A stretch of 64,000 nucleotides of DNA from a virus: the IMG/VR virus record IMGVR_UViG_3300043773_002546, positions 1 through 64,000 of that record; one strand, written 5' to 3'. The notes beneath the pieces were generated by a model that saw nothing but the letters and a program-made list of their open reading frames with translations, did no database searches and had not been told where the DNA came from. Shown piece by piece: positions 38,727 through 47,296 of the stretch; the stretch's first letter is position 1; every line of letters begins with the position of its first letter. The translations under genes and the position numbers were made by a program.

Positions 38727-40049
38727 ATGACGACTCGAAACCAGACCGATAATAACAACGCCGCTACCCCTTGTGCGCGCAGAAGTCGTAATTTTCAAGG
38801 TCTGGTTGGAATTGATAAAAGAACGCGCACTCGCGTGTTCATGAACCATCTTACGCCTGCAATGGTTGAGGGCGTGCCTGCCGAGTTTGCAGAAACGCCC
38901 GCAACGCGGTTGCAGCTGTATGCCGCAATCACTGCGCGCCACGAAGAAGAGATGACCGATCCGCTGTGCGTAACAACAGCGTCGGTTGGGTTTAAGATGC
39001 CCTGGAACGTGCTGACGCGCAACGCTGCGTATCAGCGCGACGAGTTTCTCAAGAAAAACAAGGTTGCGCGGATAGTCAACAATTGGCGTCCAGCCAAGTT
39101 TCAGTCGTTGCGCGTGGCGATGATCCCAGTTTACGACGACAATGGCACAATGATCGACGTGCGTTTCGAAGTTGCCGACGGGTGGCATCGTCGCAGCGCG
39201 CTTGTCCAGCTGCAAATGACCGCAGGAAACACGTTGTTTACGATCTCCTGCGAAATCACGCCGTGTCGCAATCAGGCAGAAGCCGCGTCGATCTTTTCGG
39301 CGTCCAACAATCCTGACGAGCGCGCGCCGACGTCTTCTAAAGAGCAGTGGAAGGCTGCTTTTGTCGAAGGGCAAACAGACGTCGTTGGCGTCGTCGAGCT
39401 GTGCGACGAATACGGCCTCAACGCGCGCTGCACGAGTCGAACACGGCGTTGGCCGTACGTTGACTTCGGCTTCGCAATCCGAAACGCCATCAGCGACCCG
39501 CGTATCGGCCTGGAAGGCATGCACCGCGGGTTGCAGATCTACGGCAACGCGCAGCTTTTTGGGTTGCGCGCTCCCAAGCTCGAGCACGTGCCACATGCGC
39601 TGTCAGCGCAGATGTTCATCGGCGTATGCCGGTTTATCGCGCTGTTCGAAATGCCCGGGTACGCGCATGACGTTGTGATTCAGCGAATGTTCGCAGATCC
39701 GTCGTTCTTGCACCGTATGCGTTACCACCTCGAGACAATGTCGCTGGAAGACATCGCTGACGCGATTGGTTTTTCAGTGTCGCGTCATAACGAGCAGCAC
39801 ATTCGGCAGTGGAAAATTACTGCCTCACTTGTGCGAATCTACGAGGAGTACGTGACCAAGCCCCGATCGAGCAAGCAGAGCCTCTGGCCTGAGTGCCCCG
39901 TCGAGCTGCGTACGTTGTTCCACTCGATCCGGCATGAAGAAGACGAGCAGCGCCGTGCGCAGCGTGTCGCGCAGATGCACCGGACCCTGGTTCGGATGAA
40001 TCTGCCGCCGCGCTTCGAGGTTTGCGTTGTGCGGCCTATCACCCGCTAA
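38727..40049 (+). CDS. ParB-like (DGQHR-type) domain protein with a long C-terminal region
   Basis: AYQRD...KVARIVNNWRPAKFQSLRV...FEVADGWHRRSAL...EAASIFSASN. Confidence 0.7.
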   Translation: MTTRNQTDNNNAATPCARRSRNFQGLVGIDKRTRTRVFMNHLTPAMVEGVPAEFAETPATRLQLYAAITARHEEEMTDPLCVTTASVGFKMPWNVLTRNAAYQRDEFLKKNKVARIVNNWRPAKFQSLRVAMIPVYDDNGTMIDVRFEVADGWHRRSALVQLQMTAGNTLFTISCEITPCRNQAEAASIFSASNNPDERAPTSSKEQWKAAFVEGQTDVVGVVELCDEYGLNARCTSRTRRWPYVDFGFAIRNAISDPRIGLEGMHRGLQIYGNAQLFGLRAPKLEHVPHALSAQMFIGVCRFIALFEMPGYAHDVVIQRMFADPSFLHRMRYHLETMSLEDIADAIGFSVSRHNEQHIRQWKITASLVRIYEEYVTKPRSSKQSLWPECPVELRTLFHSIRHEEDEQRRAQRVAQMHRTLVRMNLPPRFEVCVVRPITR

Positions 40050-40052
40050 AGC

Positions 40053-40217
40053 TTCCCGGACTAGCCGGTCGGCCTCCGCGACCGTCTGAGAGGCTGTGCG
40101 GGGCCCTGAGAAGGGCCCGCCAGCTCTGTCCGGAATCAAAATTTCTTTAACCTGGTCTTCCTTCGGAAGACATTAGGTCAGCCTAAATCGGACAAACTGA
40201 CCTTAAGTGCTTGTCCG
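40053..40217 (+). ncRNA. Candidate structured non-coding RNA with two possible H-type pseudoknots
   Basis: Complementary segments are listed in the findings; GAGA tetraloop hairpin at 40101-40118. Confidence 0.45.
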
Positions 40218-40267
40218 GCTTTGACTTCCAGCTTGCGTTTTTAAACCTGACAAGGCGGCATTTGGAG

Positions 40268-40356
40268 GCATTTGTCGTAAGTCGTTTATTTGCAACACCT
40301 TACGACGCGCAGGTATTCCGCATTTGTCGTAAGTTGTTTGCTAGCAACACTTTACG
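40268..40356. repeat. Two tandem imperfect inverted repeats, period 52 bp
   Basis: gcatttgtcgtaagt is identical at 40268 and 40320; the arms gtcgtaag/cttacgac flank copy 1. Confidence 0.75.
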
Positions 40357-40443
40357 CGTTTTTTTTTTGTTGCTGGCTGTCACAGAAAGGACCCCGCGCT
40401 GCTTGGATACGGCGCTACCACGCACCGACAACCCGTATCGAAT

Positions 40444-40461
40444 CTCATTGATATCAAACCG
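40444..40461. repeat. Dispersed palindrome copy (ctcattgatatcaaaccg)
   Basis: Ends 7 nt before the probable ATG at 40469. Confidence 0.8.
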
Positions 40462-40468
40462 CCCGCGA

Positions 40469-41242
40469 ATGGTGCGGCGGAATCGCGATGGCATTGTGCC
40501 CGGCTGTGTCTTGTACCGCGGCCAGAGCCCATTTCTAGAAGGCGCTGCGGGCAGGTACGTCGTGGTCATGACCATGTTCGCTGATAACACCAAGACCGGC
40601 GACATGCCGCAGATCTGGATTCTCTGCGAGCACGCGCATCCGCTCGAGGCTAAAGCGCTGGGCCATCACGTCGCTGTGTGCGGCGGCTGCCCGATTACGC
40701 AGCTTTGCTACGTGAACCTGGCCAAACGCCCACGCAGCGTCCACGAGCAGTACCAGGCTGGAATGTATACCGCCGACCCTCATGCCTACGACAACATCGT
40801 GCGCGTCAATGGCGTCAGATTTGGCGCCTACGGCGACCCGGTGTTAATTCCATTGCCGCTCGTGGACCACTTGGCCACCTTGGACGTGAACCACAAACGC
40901 TGGACGGGCTATACCCACCAGTGGCAGCTGGCGCAGTACCAGGACTACCGCAAGTATTTCATGGCCAGCGTGCACACCCTCGAGGAAATGCACCAAGCTT
41001 GGAGTATGGGCTGGCGGACGTTTCGGGTGGGCAAGATGAGCGAGCAAGCTACCGCGGGCGAGATTCACTGCCCGGCGCAGACAGCACAAGACTTGCAGTG
41101 CATTGACTGCTTTGCCTGCAATGGCAACGATCGCGACCAGAGCCTGCCCATGGCGCGGAGCGTATTCGCGCAACCACATGGCCTGCAAGCTGAGTCACGT
41201 TGGAACAAGTTTATGGGAGGCTACGACAATGCCCAGGATTGA
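40469..41242 (+). CDS. Cys-rich phage protein (GP88-like, possibly Fe-S binding)
   Basis: KTGDMPQIWIL, CGGCP...CYV, VRFGAYGDP, TGYTHQW, CPAQ...CIDCFAC. Confidence 0.65.
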   Translation: MVRRNRDGIVPGCVLYRGQSPFLEGAAGRYVVVMTMFADNTKTGDMPQIWILCEHAHPLEAKALGHHVAVCGGCPITQLCYVNLAKRPRSVHEQYQAGMYTADPHAYDNIVRVNGVRFGAYGDPVLIPLPLVDHLATLDVNHKRWTGYTHQWQLAQYQDYRKYFMASVHTLEEMHQAWSMGWRTFRVGKMSEQATAGEIHCPAQTAQDLQCIDCFACNGNDRDQSLPMARSVFAQPHGLQAESRWNKFMGGYDNAQD

Positions 41243-41380
41243 CGACGAGTACGAAGACACGAGCGACGACGGCTATGACGCCGCTAAAGATCTCTGGCTC
41301 ACGGATGGAGTGCCCTACAACGACAAGACCCGCGAGATAGCGCAGGAAGAACTGCGCATGCAGCGCGAAGCGGAGGGCCG

Positions 41381-41653
41381 ATGATTATCAAGTGCGTGGT
41401 GGCCTGCATGCGCACCGAGGGCGCTGATTTCTATTTCTGCAAAATTCAGTGCGCTCAATACGAGTACGACAACGGCACGCATTACGACATGGCTGAAATG
41501 GCCGCAGACACAGACGGCTACGACAGCCCCATGGTGACGTTCGACGAGAACGACGGGCCTGATTGGCTGTTCGAGCATTTCGTCTGGGACTCGGCCACGG
41601 TGATTTCTAGCGAAGACGGCGAAGCCGAAGACGACAAAGACAACGACGCTTGA
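41381..41653 (+). CDS. Hypothetical protein
   Basis: GGAGG SD; ATGA overlap. Confidence 0.6.
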   Translation: MIIKCVVACMRTEGADFYFCKIQCAQYEYDNGTHYDMAEMAADTDGYDSPMVTFDENDGPDWLFEHFVWDSATVISSEDGEAEDDKDNDA

Positions 41654-41688
41654 CGCGCACTTTTAGCCCAGTAGGATAACGCCCCGCT

Positions 41689-41964
41689 ATGAGCAAGGAC
41701 GCAGCTTTCCGCGAACGAATCTCGGATCTCATTGATATCAATCCGGACGCCCTATTGGCGGACGGCCTCGAGGATGCCTACATCGGGCACACGGTCAATC
41801 ACCACTACAATCACGTGGCGGTGTACGACTACGAGAAGTGCATCAATATTCTGGTCGAGCGCGACGGCATGGACTACGACGGCGCCGACGAGTTTTTGCA
41901 GTTCAACACCTTGGGCGCCTACGTCGGCCCCGACGGTCCGTTGTTTATTTGGAGCGCGTCATGA
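41689..41964 (+). CDS. Conserved phage hypothetical protein
   Basis: LLADGLEDAYIG...VAVYDYEKCI..L...EFLQFNTLGAYVG. Confidence 0.7.
   Translation: MSKDAAFRERISDLIDINPDALLADGLEDAYIGHTVNHHYNHVAVYDYEKCINILVERDGMDYDGADEFLQFNTLGAYVGPDGPLFIWSAS
41728..41745. repeat. Dispersed palindrome copy (ctcattgatatcaatccg)
   Basis: CTCATTGATATCAAT; inside a CDS. Confidence 0.8.
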
Positions 41965-42503
41965 CGACGATTCGCAATAACCCGCACTATGCCAAGCGCA
42001 ACGACCCGTGCCCCTGCGGAAGCGGCCAAAAGTACAAGAAGTGCTGCAGCGAGCAGCTGCCTGCGCCTAAGCCGCAGCGCCAGGTCTACATCGATTCCGG
42101 CGAAGACGCGATTCGCTGGGTTATCACCGACGCAACGGGCCGGGCGTTTTTCTCTGACAAAGACAACCGCGTGCTGGTTTTCACGGACCGAGCGGTAGCT
42201 GTAGCGCTGGCGTCGCTGGCAGATTTTGAATCGCAGCTGCCCAACGAGATTAACATCGCTGGCGTCGGCCCCAGCAAGTTCGAGCATTTGAAAGAGATCA
42301 TGCCTTATGTGGAGATCTCTGATATCGACACCGCCGCCGCGCTGGTTCGCGAACGGATCGCGGTGAAGACAGCGGAACTCCAAACCAACGAAGGAACTAC
42401 TGATGGCAACCAAGACCAAGAAGCCGGTGCGCAAAGCCAAGAAGGCGACGGCAACACCGGTCAAGAAGAAGCCGCTGACCAAGGCCCAGAAGCTCAAACG
42501 TGA
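41961..42503 (+). CDS. SEC-C motif protein
   Basis: RNDPCPCGSGQKYKKCC. Confidence 0.8.
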   Translation: MTTIRNNPHYAKRNDPCPCGSGQKYKKCCSEQLPAPKPQRQVYIDSGEDAIRWVITDATGRAFFSDKDNRVLVFTDRAVAVALASLADFESQLPNEINIAGVGPSKFEHLKEIMPYVEISDIDTAAALVRERIAVKTAELQTNEGTTDGNQDQEAGAQSQEGDGNTGQEEAADQGPEAQT

Positions 42504-43080
42504 GATCGCCAAGCGGAACAAGCTGTTCGCCGCAGCCGACCATGCCGAGAAGCGCGTCCTGATCGCCAAGGACGTCATCGCCCAGATTAAGCTGGGCCGC
42601 TTCAAAGCAGCGACGCAGACCTGGGTGACGCCCAACGTGCTCCGCAAGCCGGGCGCTGATCACAGCGGCGGCGTCGATCTTACCCGAGAGTTTGGCTACG
42701 ACGCGCCTGTACGCGAGCTGTTTCTGGACAAGAAGATCGCGTCCTGCGACTGCTGCGCGTTGGGCGCCATGTTTATGAGCTGCACGCTCTACAACAATAA
42801 CCAGACCGCGGAAGACTTTGAGGAGGAAGTTAATTGGGATTTTGACGGGCGCGTTGAAGGCTATCACGGCGGGTTTGCCAACGGGCTTGACAAGTTCTTT
42901 TCGCATTCGCAGCTCGCGTTGATCGAAGCTGCATATGAGGGCGGCGACGGCGCATTTAGCGCGCCAAAGTCTAAACAGACAGCCGTCTATGACTGGATAG
43001 GCAGCCTGCCAAACGCCGAGAAACGACTGGTGGCGATTATGGAAAACATCATTGAAAACAACGGGAAGTTTGTGCCATGA
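42403..43080 (+). CDS. Hypothetical protein with a Lys-rich N-terminus
   Basis: AAGGA SD; 225 aa. Confidence 0.7.
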   Translation: MATKTKKPVRKAKKATATPVKKKPLTKAQKLKREIAKRNKLFAAADHAEKRVLIAKDVIAQIKLGRFKAATQTWVTPNVLRKPGADHSGGVDLTREFGYDAPVRELFLDKKIASCDCCALGAMFMSCTLYNNNQTAEDFEEEVNWDFDGRVEGYHGGFANGLDKFFSHSQLALIEAAYEGGDGAFSAPKSKQTAVYDWIGSLPNAEKRLVAIMENIIENNGKFVP

Positions 43081-43340
43081 GCAACAGTAACAACGGTATT
43101 TCGCCGTTTGGGTGGCTGATCATTTTTGCCGTAGCGTGTGCTGTGCTTGGGCAGTTTTTTGGCAGCAACAACGGCGGGACATCAAGCGCGCCTACGGCTA
43201 CCAGCAGCTCCAGTTCTGCCGAGCGCCGTTACGTTGAACAGCGGTTCAAGCAAGAAGGCTATAGCTCAAGCGACGCGGCTACGGCTGCTGAGGCCGTATT
43301 GAAATTTCAGCGCGCTCAAGATGCGCGCCGCAATCGGTAA
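43077..43340 (+). CDS. Membrane-anchored hypothetical protein
   Basis: One hydrophobic segment. Confidence 0.6.
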   Translation: MSNSNNGISPFGWLIIFAVACAVLGQFFGSNNGGTSSAPTATSSSSSAERRYVEQRFKQEGYSSSDAATAAEAVLKFQRAQDARRNR

Positions 43341-43601
43341 AGGCGCGAACGCAATGGGGTGCATCACATCGCGCGGCTACGATTGGCCGCCAAAACCCTA
43401 CAAGCGAATCGTCGTGCGCGACATGCTTGTAGACCAAATCGAAAACGGCGAAGTGAAAAAAGTTCGCGTGTCAGTGGAAGATTACGTCTGGGTGCGCCCG
43501 GGTTGTGAAATTCCCAACGGCGGCGGAGGATCGGGCGCGTCATATGACGACGACGCCAGCCCCGGCCAAGAGACCGCAATACGAAACATGGAGGACAGCT
43601 G

Positions 43602-44006
43602 ATGGACTGGATTAACGTCAAGACGCAGCTTCCGGAAGAGGGCCAAGAGCTCTACTATTTCAGCCCAATCTTGGGCATATGGCGCGGCAAGTACACCTAT
43701 AAGCCGTTCACGCATGCCGTGTGGTACGACGAGAACAATCAGCCGCACGAAGAGGAGACGTCGGAGGCTTTGCGCAACGCCGTCAGCCCGCACGTGTTTT
43801 ACTGCGGCGCTGGCAACTGCGACACCGACGAGGTGACGCACTGGCGGCCGTATGACGAGGCGCGCGCAGCTGAAGGTTTGATTCCGCTGCCGCCGATGTA
43901 CAACCCGCCAGAGATGGGCGTGTTGCGCGAGTTTCATGACGACGGCGAAGCAGAGTTTATCCGGCAGAACCAGGTGGTCATCCGAGAAATGCAGGTCAAG
44001 TCATGA
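43602..44006 (+). CDS. DUF551-like protein, paralog A
   Basis: MDWINVKTQLP...VTHWRP. Confidence 0.7.
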   Translation: MDWINVKTQLPEEGQELYYFSPILGIWRGKYTYKPFTHAVWYDENNQPHEEETSEALRNAVSPHVFYCGAGNCDTDEVTHWRPYDEARAAEGLIPLPPMYNPPEMGVLREFHDDGEAEFIRQNQVVIREMQVKS

Positions 44007-44272
44007 CCGGCGTAACGATTACCGCTGAGCTATATGCCATCGCCGCTAGGCAGCGGGAAGGCGCACCGGACGGCGCAACTTTGGCGCTTGCCGACGACTG
44101 CGAACGGCTGGCCGAAGAGGTCGCCAAACTGGCACTGTGGGCGATTGATTTGGAAGAAACGTTGCGCATGATTGCTACGCCCAGGCGCCCCGACGGCACT
44201 TATAACCTGTGCCGCGAGGCTTGCGAGCAGCTAGCCCGAGAAACGCTAACAAAAAGACGGAACGATGAGTGA
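44003..44272 (+). CDS. Hypothetical protein
   Basis: ATGA overlap. Confidence 0.55.
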   Translation: MTGVTITAELYAIAARQREGAPDGATLALADDCERLAEEVAKLALWAIDLEETLRMIATPRRPDGTYNLCREACEQLARETLTKRRNDE

Positions 44273-44305
44273 CATCGTTGAGCAGCTTAACGCGAAGGAA
44301 CCAGC

Positions 44306-45019
44306 ATGGACTGGATCAATGTCAAGACGCAGCTTCCGGTGGACGGCCAGGAGCTGTATTACTTCAGCCCGATTCTGGGTCTGTGGAAGGGCAAGTACAA
44401 GTACAGCCCGACGACGCACTCGGTGGATGCCGAGGGCAATCAGCACCCGATATCGGAGAAGCTCGCTGCGCTGATCAGTCCGCACGTATTCATCGGCGGA
44501 GGCGGGTGCTGCGACACGGACGAAGTAACGCACTGGCAGCCGTACGACGAGCAGCGCGCAGCGCAGGGGTGGGTGCCGCTGCCCCCGATGTACGCGCCGC
44601 CGGAGATGGAAGATCTGCGTGACTTTCACGACGACGGCGAGGCGGAGTTCGTACGGCAGAATCAGGTGACGCTCAAAGAGATGCAAGCGGCTACGCGCGC
44701 GGCGCAGGCAGATGACTACGTGATGTCGGAAGCTGAAGCGGCGGCGCTTTCGCCTGACGCGCCAAAGAATCGGCCGACGGTAGAACCTAAGAAACTGTGC
44801 GTTGCGCCGTCGCCGGATACATCTTGGTTAGATGCGCAGCAACTTATGGTTGATCCGCCGTCTGGTTGGCTTTACGGGTTTCCCAAAGTGTGGGACAAGC
44901 TCCAGCATCCCGATATGACGCAATGGCTCATCGACAACGGTTATCCGGAAGCAGAAGCCAAGAGCGGTCTGCCCGTGCGTTTTATGCCGGTATTGGAGAA
45001 CGAAAGTGGTCGCGTTTAA
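44306..45019 (+). CDS. DUF551-like protein, paralog B with a C-terminal extra domain
   Basis: Aligns to 43602..44006 over about 125 aa; extra MVDPPSGWLYGFPK...WLIDNGYP domain. Confidence 0.7.
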   Translation: MDWINVKTQLPVDGQELYYFSPILGLWKGKYKYSPTTHSVDAEGNQHPISEKLAALISPHVFIGGGGCCDTDEVTHWQPYDEQRAAQGWVPLPPMYAPPEMEDLRDFHDDGEAEFVRQNQVTLKEMQAATRAAQADDYVMSEAEAAALSPDAPKNRPTVEPKKLCVAPSPDTSWLDAQQLMVDPPSGWLYGFPKVWDKLQHPDMTQWLIDNGYPEAEAKSGLPVRFMPVLENESGRV

Positions 45020-45266
45020 CCACGACCAAAAACCCGAAGAACCCGTTTTGGAGTGGTGCCGCGAACTGGTGCGCGCCATGAAAGACGGCGGTGTATGGGG
45101 CATCCCGCGGTCTGGGACTGTGTTCCAGATGGATCAGAAGAACAAGCGGCTTATCTGCCGCAGTCTGGGCCCCGATAACGACGACGGCGATTTCCTGGCG
45201 ACGCAGCGCGTGTTTGCGCACATTGGCTGGGACGTCGTCATGGCAGACGAAGTGGAGGAAACATGA
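45006..45266 (+). CDS. Hypothetical protein
   Basis: Overlapping chain. Confidence 0.55.
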   Translation: MVAFNHDQKPEEPVLEWCRELVRAMKDGGVWGIPRSGTVFQMDQKNKRLICRSLGPDNDDGDFLATQRVFAHIGWDVVMADEVEET

Positions 45267-45733
45267 CTGACGACAAAAAAGATGAAGAGATTGCGCGGCT
45301 CAAAGAAGCCATCCGCCGCCTTGCAGACCAGGATGCCACGTTGTCGGTGGTTGGCGGGAACGTCATTGTTGAGATGGACGCGCTCACCGACGAGGAGCGG
45401 GAGGCGATCTCCAGGGTGTACGATTTGCTGTGCGACCGCTCCCGCGAACTGCAAAGCGCCACGCGGCTTGACGAGGCTCGCCCGCTGATTCAGTGGGCGA
45501 AGACACTGCAAGGTCTGTGGGAGCGGGTTTCCGGTACTACGGCGATTTCCGGTGCCGGAAAATCGGCCCCAGCAGCGAACACACCGCTCACGCTCACCGA
45601 CGAGGAGCGGGAGGCGGTGGAGACTTGCATTGCCGATGACGAGGCGATGACGCATCACTCGCGGGCCGCCACGCTGCGCGGCCTGCTGGAGCGTTTTCCC
45701 CCACTCATATCCGAAAAACACCGAAAACCGTAG
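45263..45733 (+). CDS. Modular hypothetical protein with a repeated LTDEEREA motif
   Basis: 26-bp direct repeat at 45381-45406 and 45591-45616. Confidence 0.65.
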   Translation: MTDDKKDEEIARLKEAIRRLADQDATLSVVGGNVIVEMDALTDEEREAISRVYDLLCDRSRELQSATRLDEARPLIQWAKTLQGLWERVSGTTAISGAGKSAPAANTPLTLTDEEREAVETCIADDEAMTHHSRAATLRGLLERFPPLISEKHRKP

Positions 45734-45758
45734 AGATTTCAATACGATTGGGGCGTAA

Positions 45759-46121
45759 ATGAGTGACAACGATAAGCGTCTTAAGGCGCTGGAAGCGCTG
45801 AGCGCGCTGGATCAGAAACTCGGTTTTGACGGGCTGCACTGGCCCAAGGACGTGGAAATCGACGGCCTGAAGCTTGTCTGCACTTGCGGCGCATGCCCGG
45901 AGCAATACTCCGTGTTCGGCGCGGACGGCAAACCGGTTGGATATCTTCGTTTGCGGCACGGGCATTTTCGCGCCGACGTGCCGCACTGTGGCGGCGCGAC
46001 GATCTATACAGCTCAACCCAAGGGCGACGGCATCTTTGCCAACGACGAGCGGCAGTATTACCTGACCAAGGCCGTTGCAGCGATTAAGAAATGGATGGCC
46101 AAACATGACACTGCCGTATGA
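45759..46121 (+). CDS. Hypothetical protein
   Basis: TCGACPEQY...GYLRLRHG. Confidence 0.65.
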   Translation: MSDNDKRLKALEALSALDQKLGFDGLHWPKDVEIDGLKLVCTCGACPEQYSVFGADGKPVGYLRLRHGHFRADVPHCGGATIYTAQPKGDGIFANDERQYYLTKAVAAIKKWMAKHDTAV

Positions 46122-46326
46122 GCGATACCGGGCGGTGAATAACGCCCGGGAGTTTATGTACGCCTTGCTGGACCCGAAGCAGACGCCCAAGGTTCCCAAG
46201 GCCGTGCGCCAGTGGGCGCATCGTGCGCTGCGCCATTACCCGCTTCCGTATGAAATGAAGATGGCGGCTGAAAAGGCGCCCGACCTATTTGAGGCACCAA
46301 ACGATGCAGTGGGTGGAGAGATATAA
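46108..46326 (+). CDS. Conserved small phage protein
   Basis: MTLPYERYRAV...PKVPKAVRQWAHRALRHYP. Confidence 0.65.
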   Translation, partial: TLPYERYRAVNNAREFMYALLDPKQTPKVPKAVRQWAHRALRHYPLPYEMKMAAEKAPDLFEAPNDAVGGEI

Positions 46327-47296
46327 ACGAAACCGCTGGACCATCTCTCGCGTCAGCGGGCGGTGGGCGCATCGGTTTGCGATTTTCTACGTGATCATGG
46401 TGGCGGCGACAAAGAAGCGCGCTTGTTTTGCCACGGATCACGCTACGGTTGTGCGAAAGATTTATCAGGTGCGGTACTTGTGGTTTAAACGGGCCAAGGA
46501 GCTCATGGCTACCGGCCTGTGGCAGCCAGGCCACGGCATCACGCGGTCGTCGGCGGACTACACCGCTCGGCGCTGCCTGTTTTGCCGCCCGAGCTGCGTG
46601 TTTTACGCCCACGGCAACTCGAACAAGCTCCGGCCGTGTAAACAGTCCCGCATCTGCCCGTTCTGTTACGCCCGCACCGTGGCCTACATCTACTGGAACG
46701 TGCGGCAGTACCTGAACACTCGGCGCAAGCAGGCCGACAACGAGATCGTGACCTGCGTGGTCCAGAAAGAGTACCTGGCCGCAAAGGGCTTTACGCCCGA
46801 GACTGGCATGGTCGCTGGCATGCACAGCCCCAACGTCCGGCGGTTGCGGGCGGTTATTGAGAAACACGTGCAACGTTATGAGCGACAGGCCAAGACTATT
46901 CAGCGCCGCACCGATGGAGCCATGTGGTCGGTGATCGTCGAGCCCAAACGTCGCGGCTGGCGCATCGAGACTCGGCAGTACTTCGTGGCCCGCGCTGGCA
47001 CCAAGTTGCCGGTTGTGCGGCTCGTAGACGCCAAGACGGTCTACACCAAATCCGCAAAAATCCAAACTTTTGTGCGGTCCGGCAAGATCTTGGGTCGTTT
47101 CGTCCGCTATCCGGCGGGCATGTTGACGGCCTACGCGGATCTGGCCGGAATTGCCATGCAGGCTACCTACGGGCTGCGCTTGCGCCGCGGCACGGGTCGA
47201 TTTCGCACCTGCGGTAGCGGGCTGGCCGCGGCCTTCAAGCAAGCGAGCAAGAAAAATGAGCGAACGAAAACCCAAGAAAACGCCCAAGCGTCTTAA
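46304..47296 (+). CDS. Zn-binding protein resembling a degenerate rolling-circle Rep
   Basis: RCLFC...CKQSRICPFCYAR; C-terminal TYGLRLRRGTGRFR; no intact HUH. Confidence 0.45.
   Translation: MQWVERYKRNRWTISRVSGRWAHRFAIFYVIMVAATKKRACFATDHATVVRKIYQVRYLWFKRAKELMATGLWQPGHGITRSSADYTARRCLFCRPSCVFYAHGNSNKLRPCKQSRICPFCYARTVAYIYWNVRQYLNTRRKQADNEIVTCVVQKEYLAAKGFTPETGMVAGMHSPNVRRLRAVIEKHVQRYERQAKTIQRRTDGAMWSVIVEPKRRGWRIETRQYFVARAGTKLPVVRLVDAKTVYTKSAKIQTFVRSGKILGRFVRYPAGMLTAYADLAGIAMQATYGLRLRRGTGRFRTCGSGLAAAFKQASKKNERTKTQENAQAS

Noticed and set aside
40211-40468. TTG-started N-terminal extension of the GP88-like ORF
   Set aside because: It runs through inverted repeats and a T10 tract and gives implausible sequence; ATG 40469 is preferred.
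41660-41688. tagcccagtaggata resembling a tRNA D-arm
   Set aside because: No T-arm or acceptor stem; an ATG follows at once.
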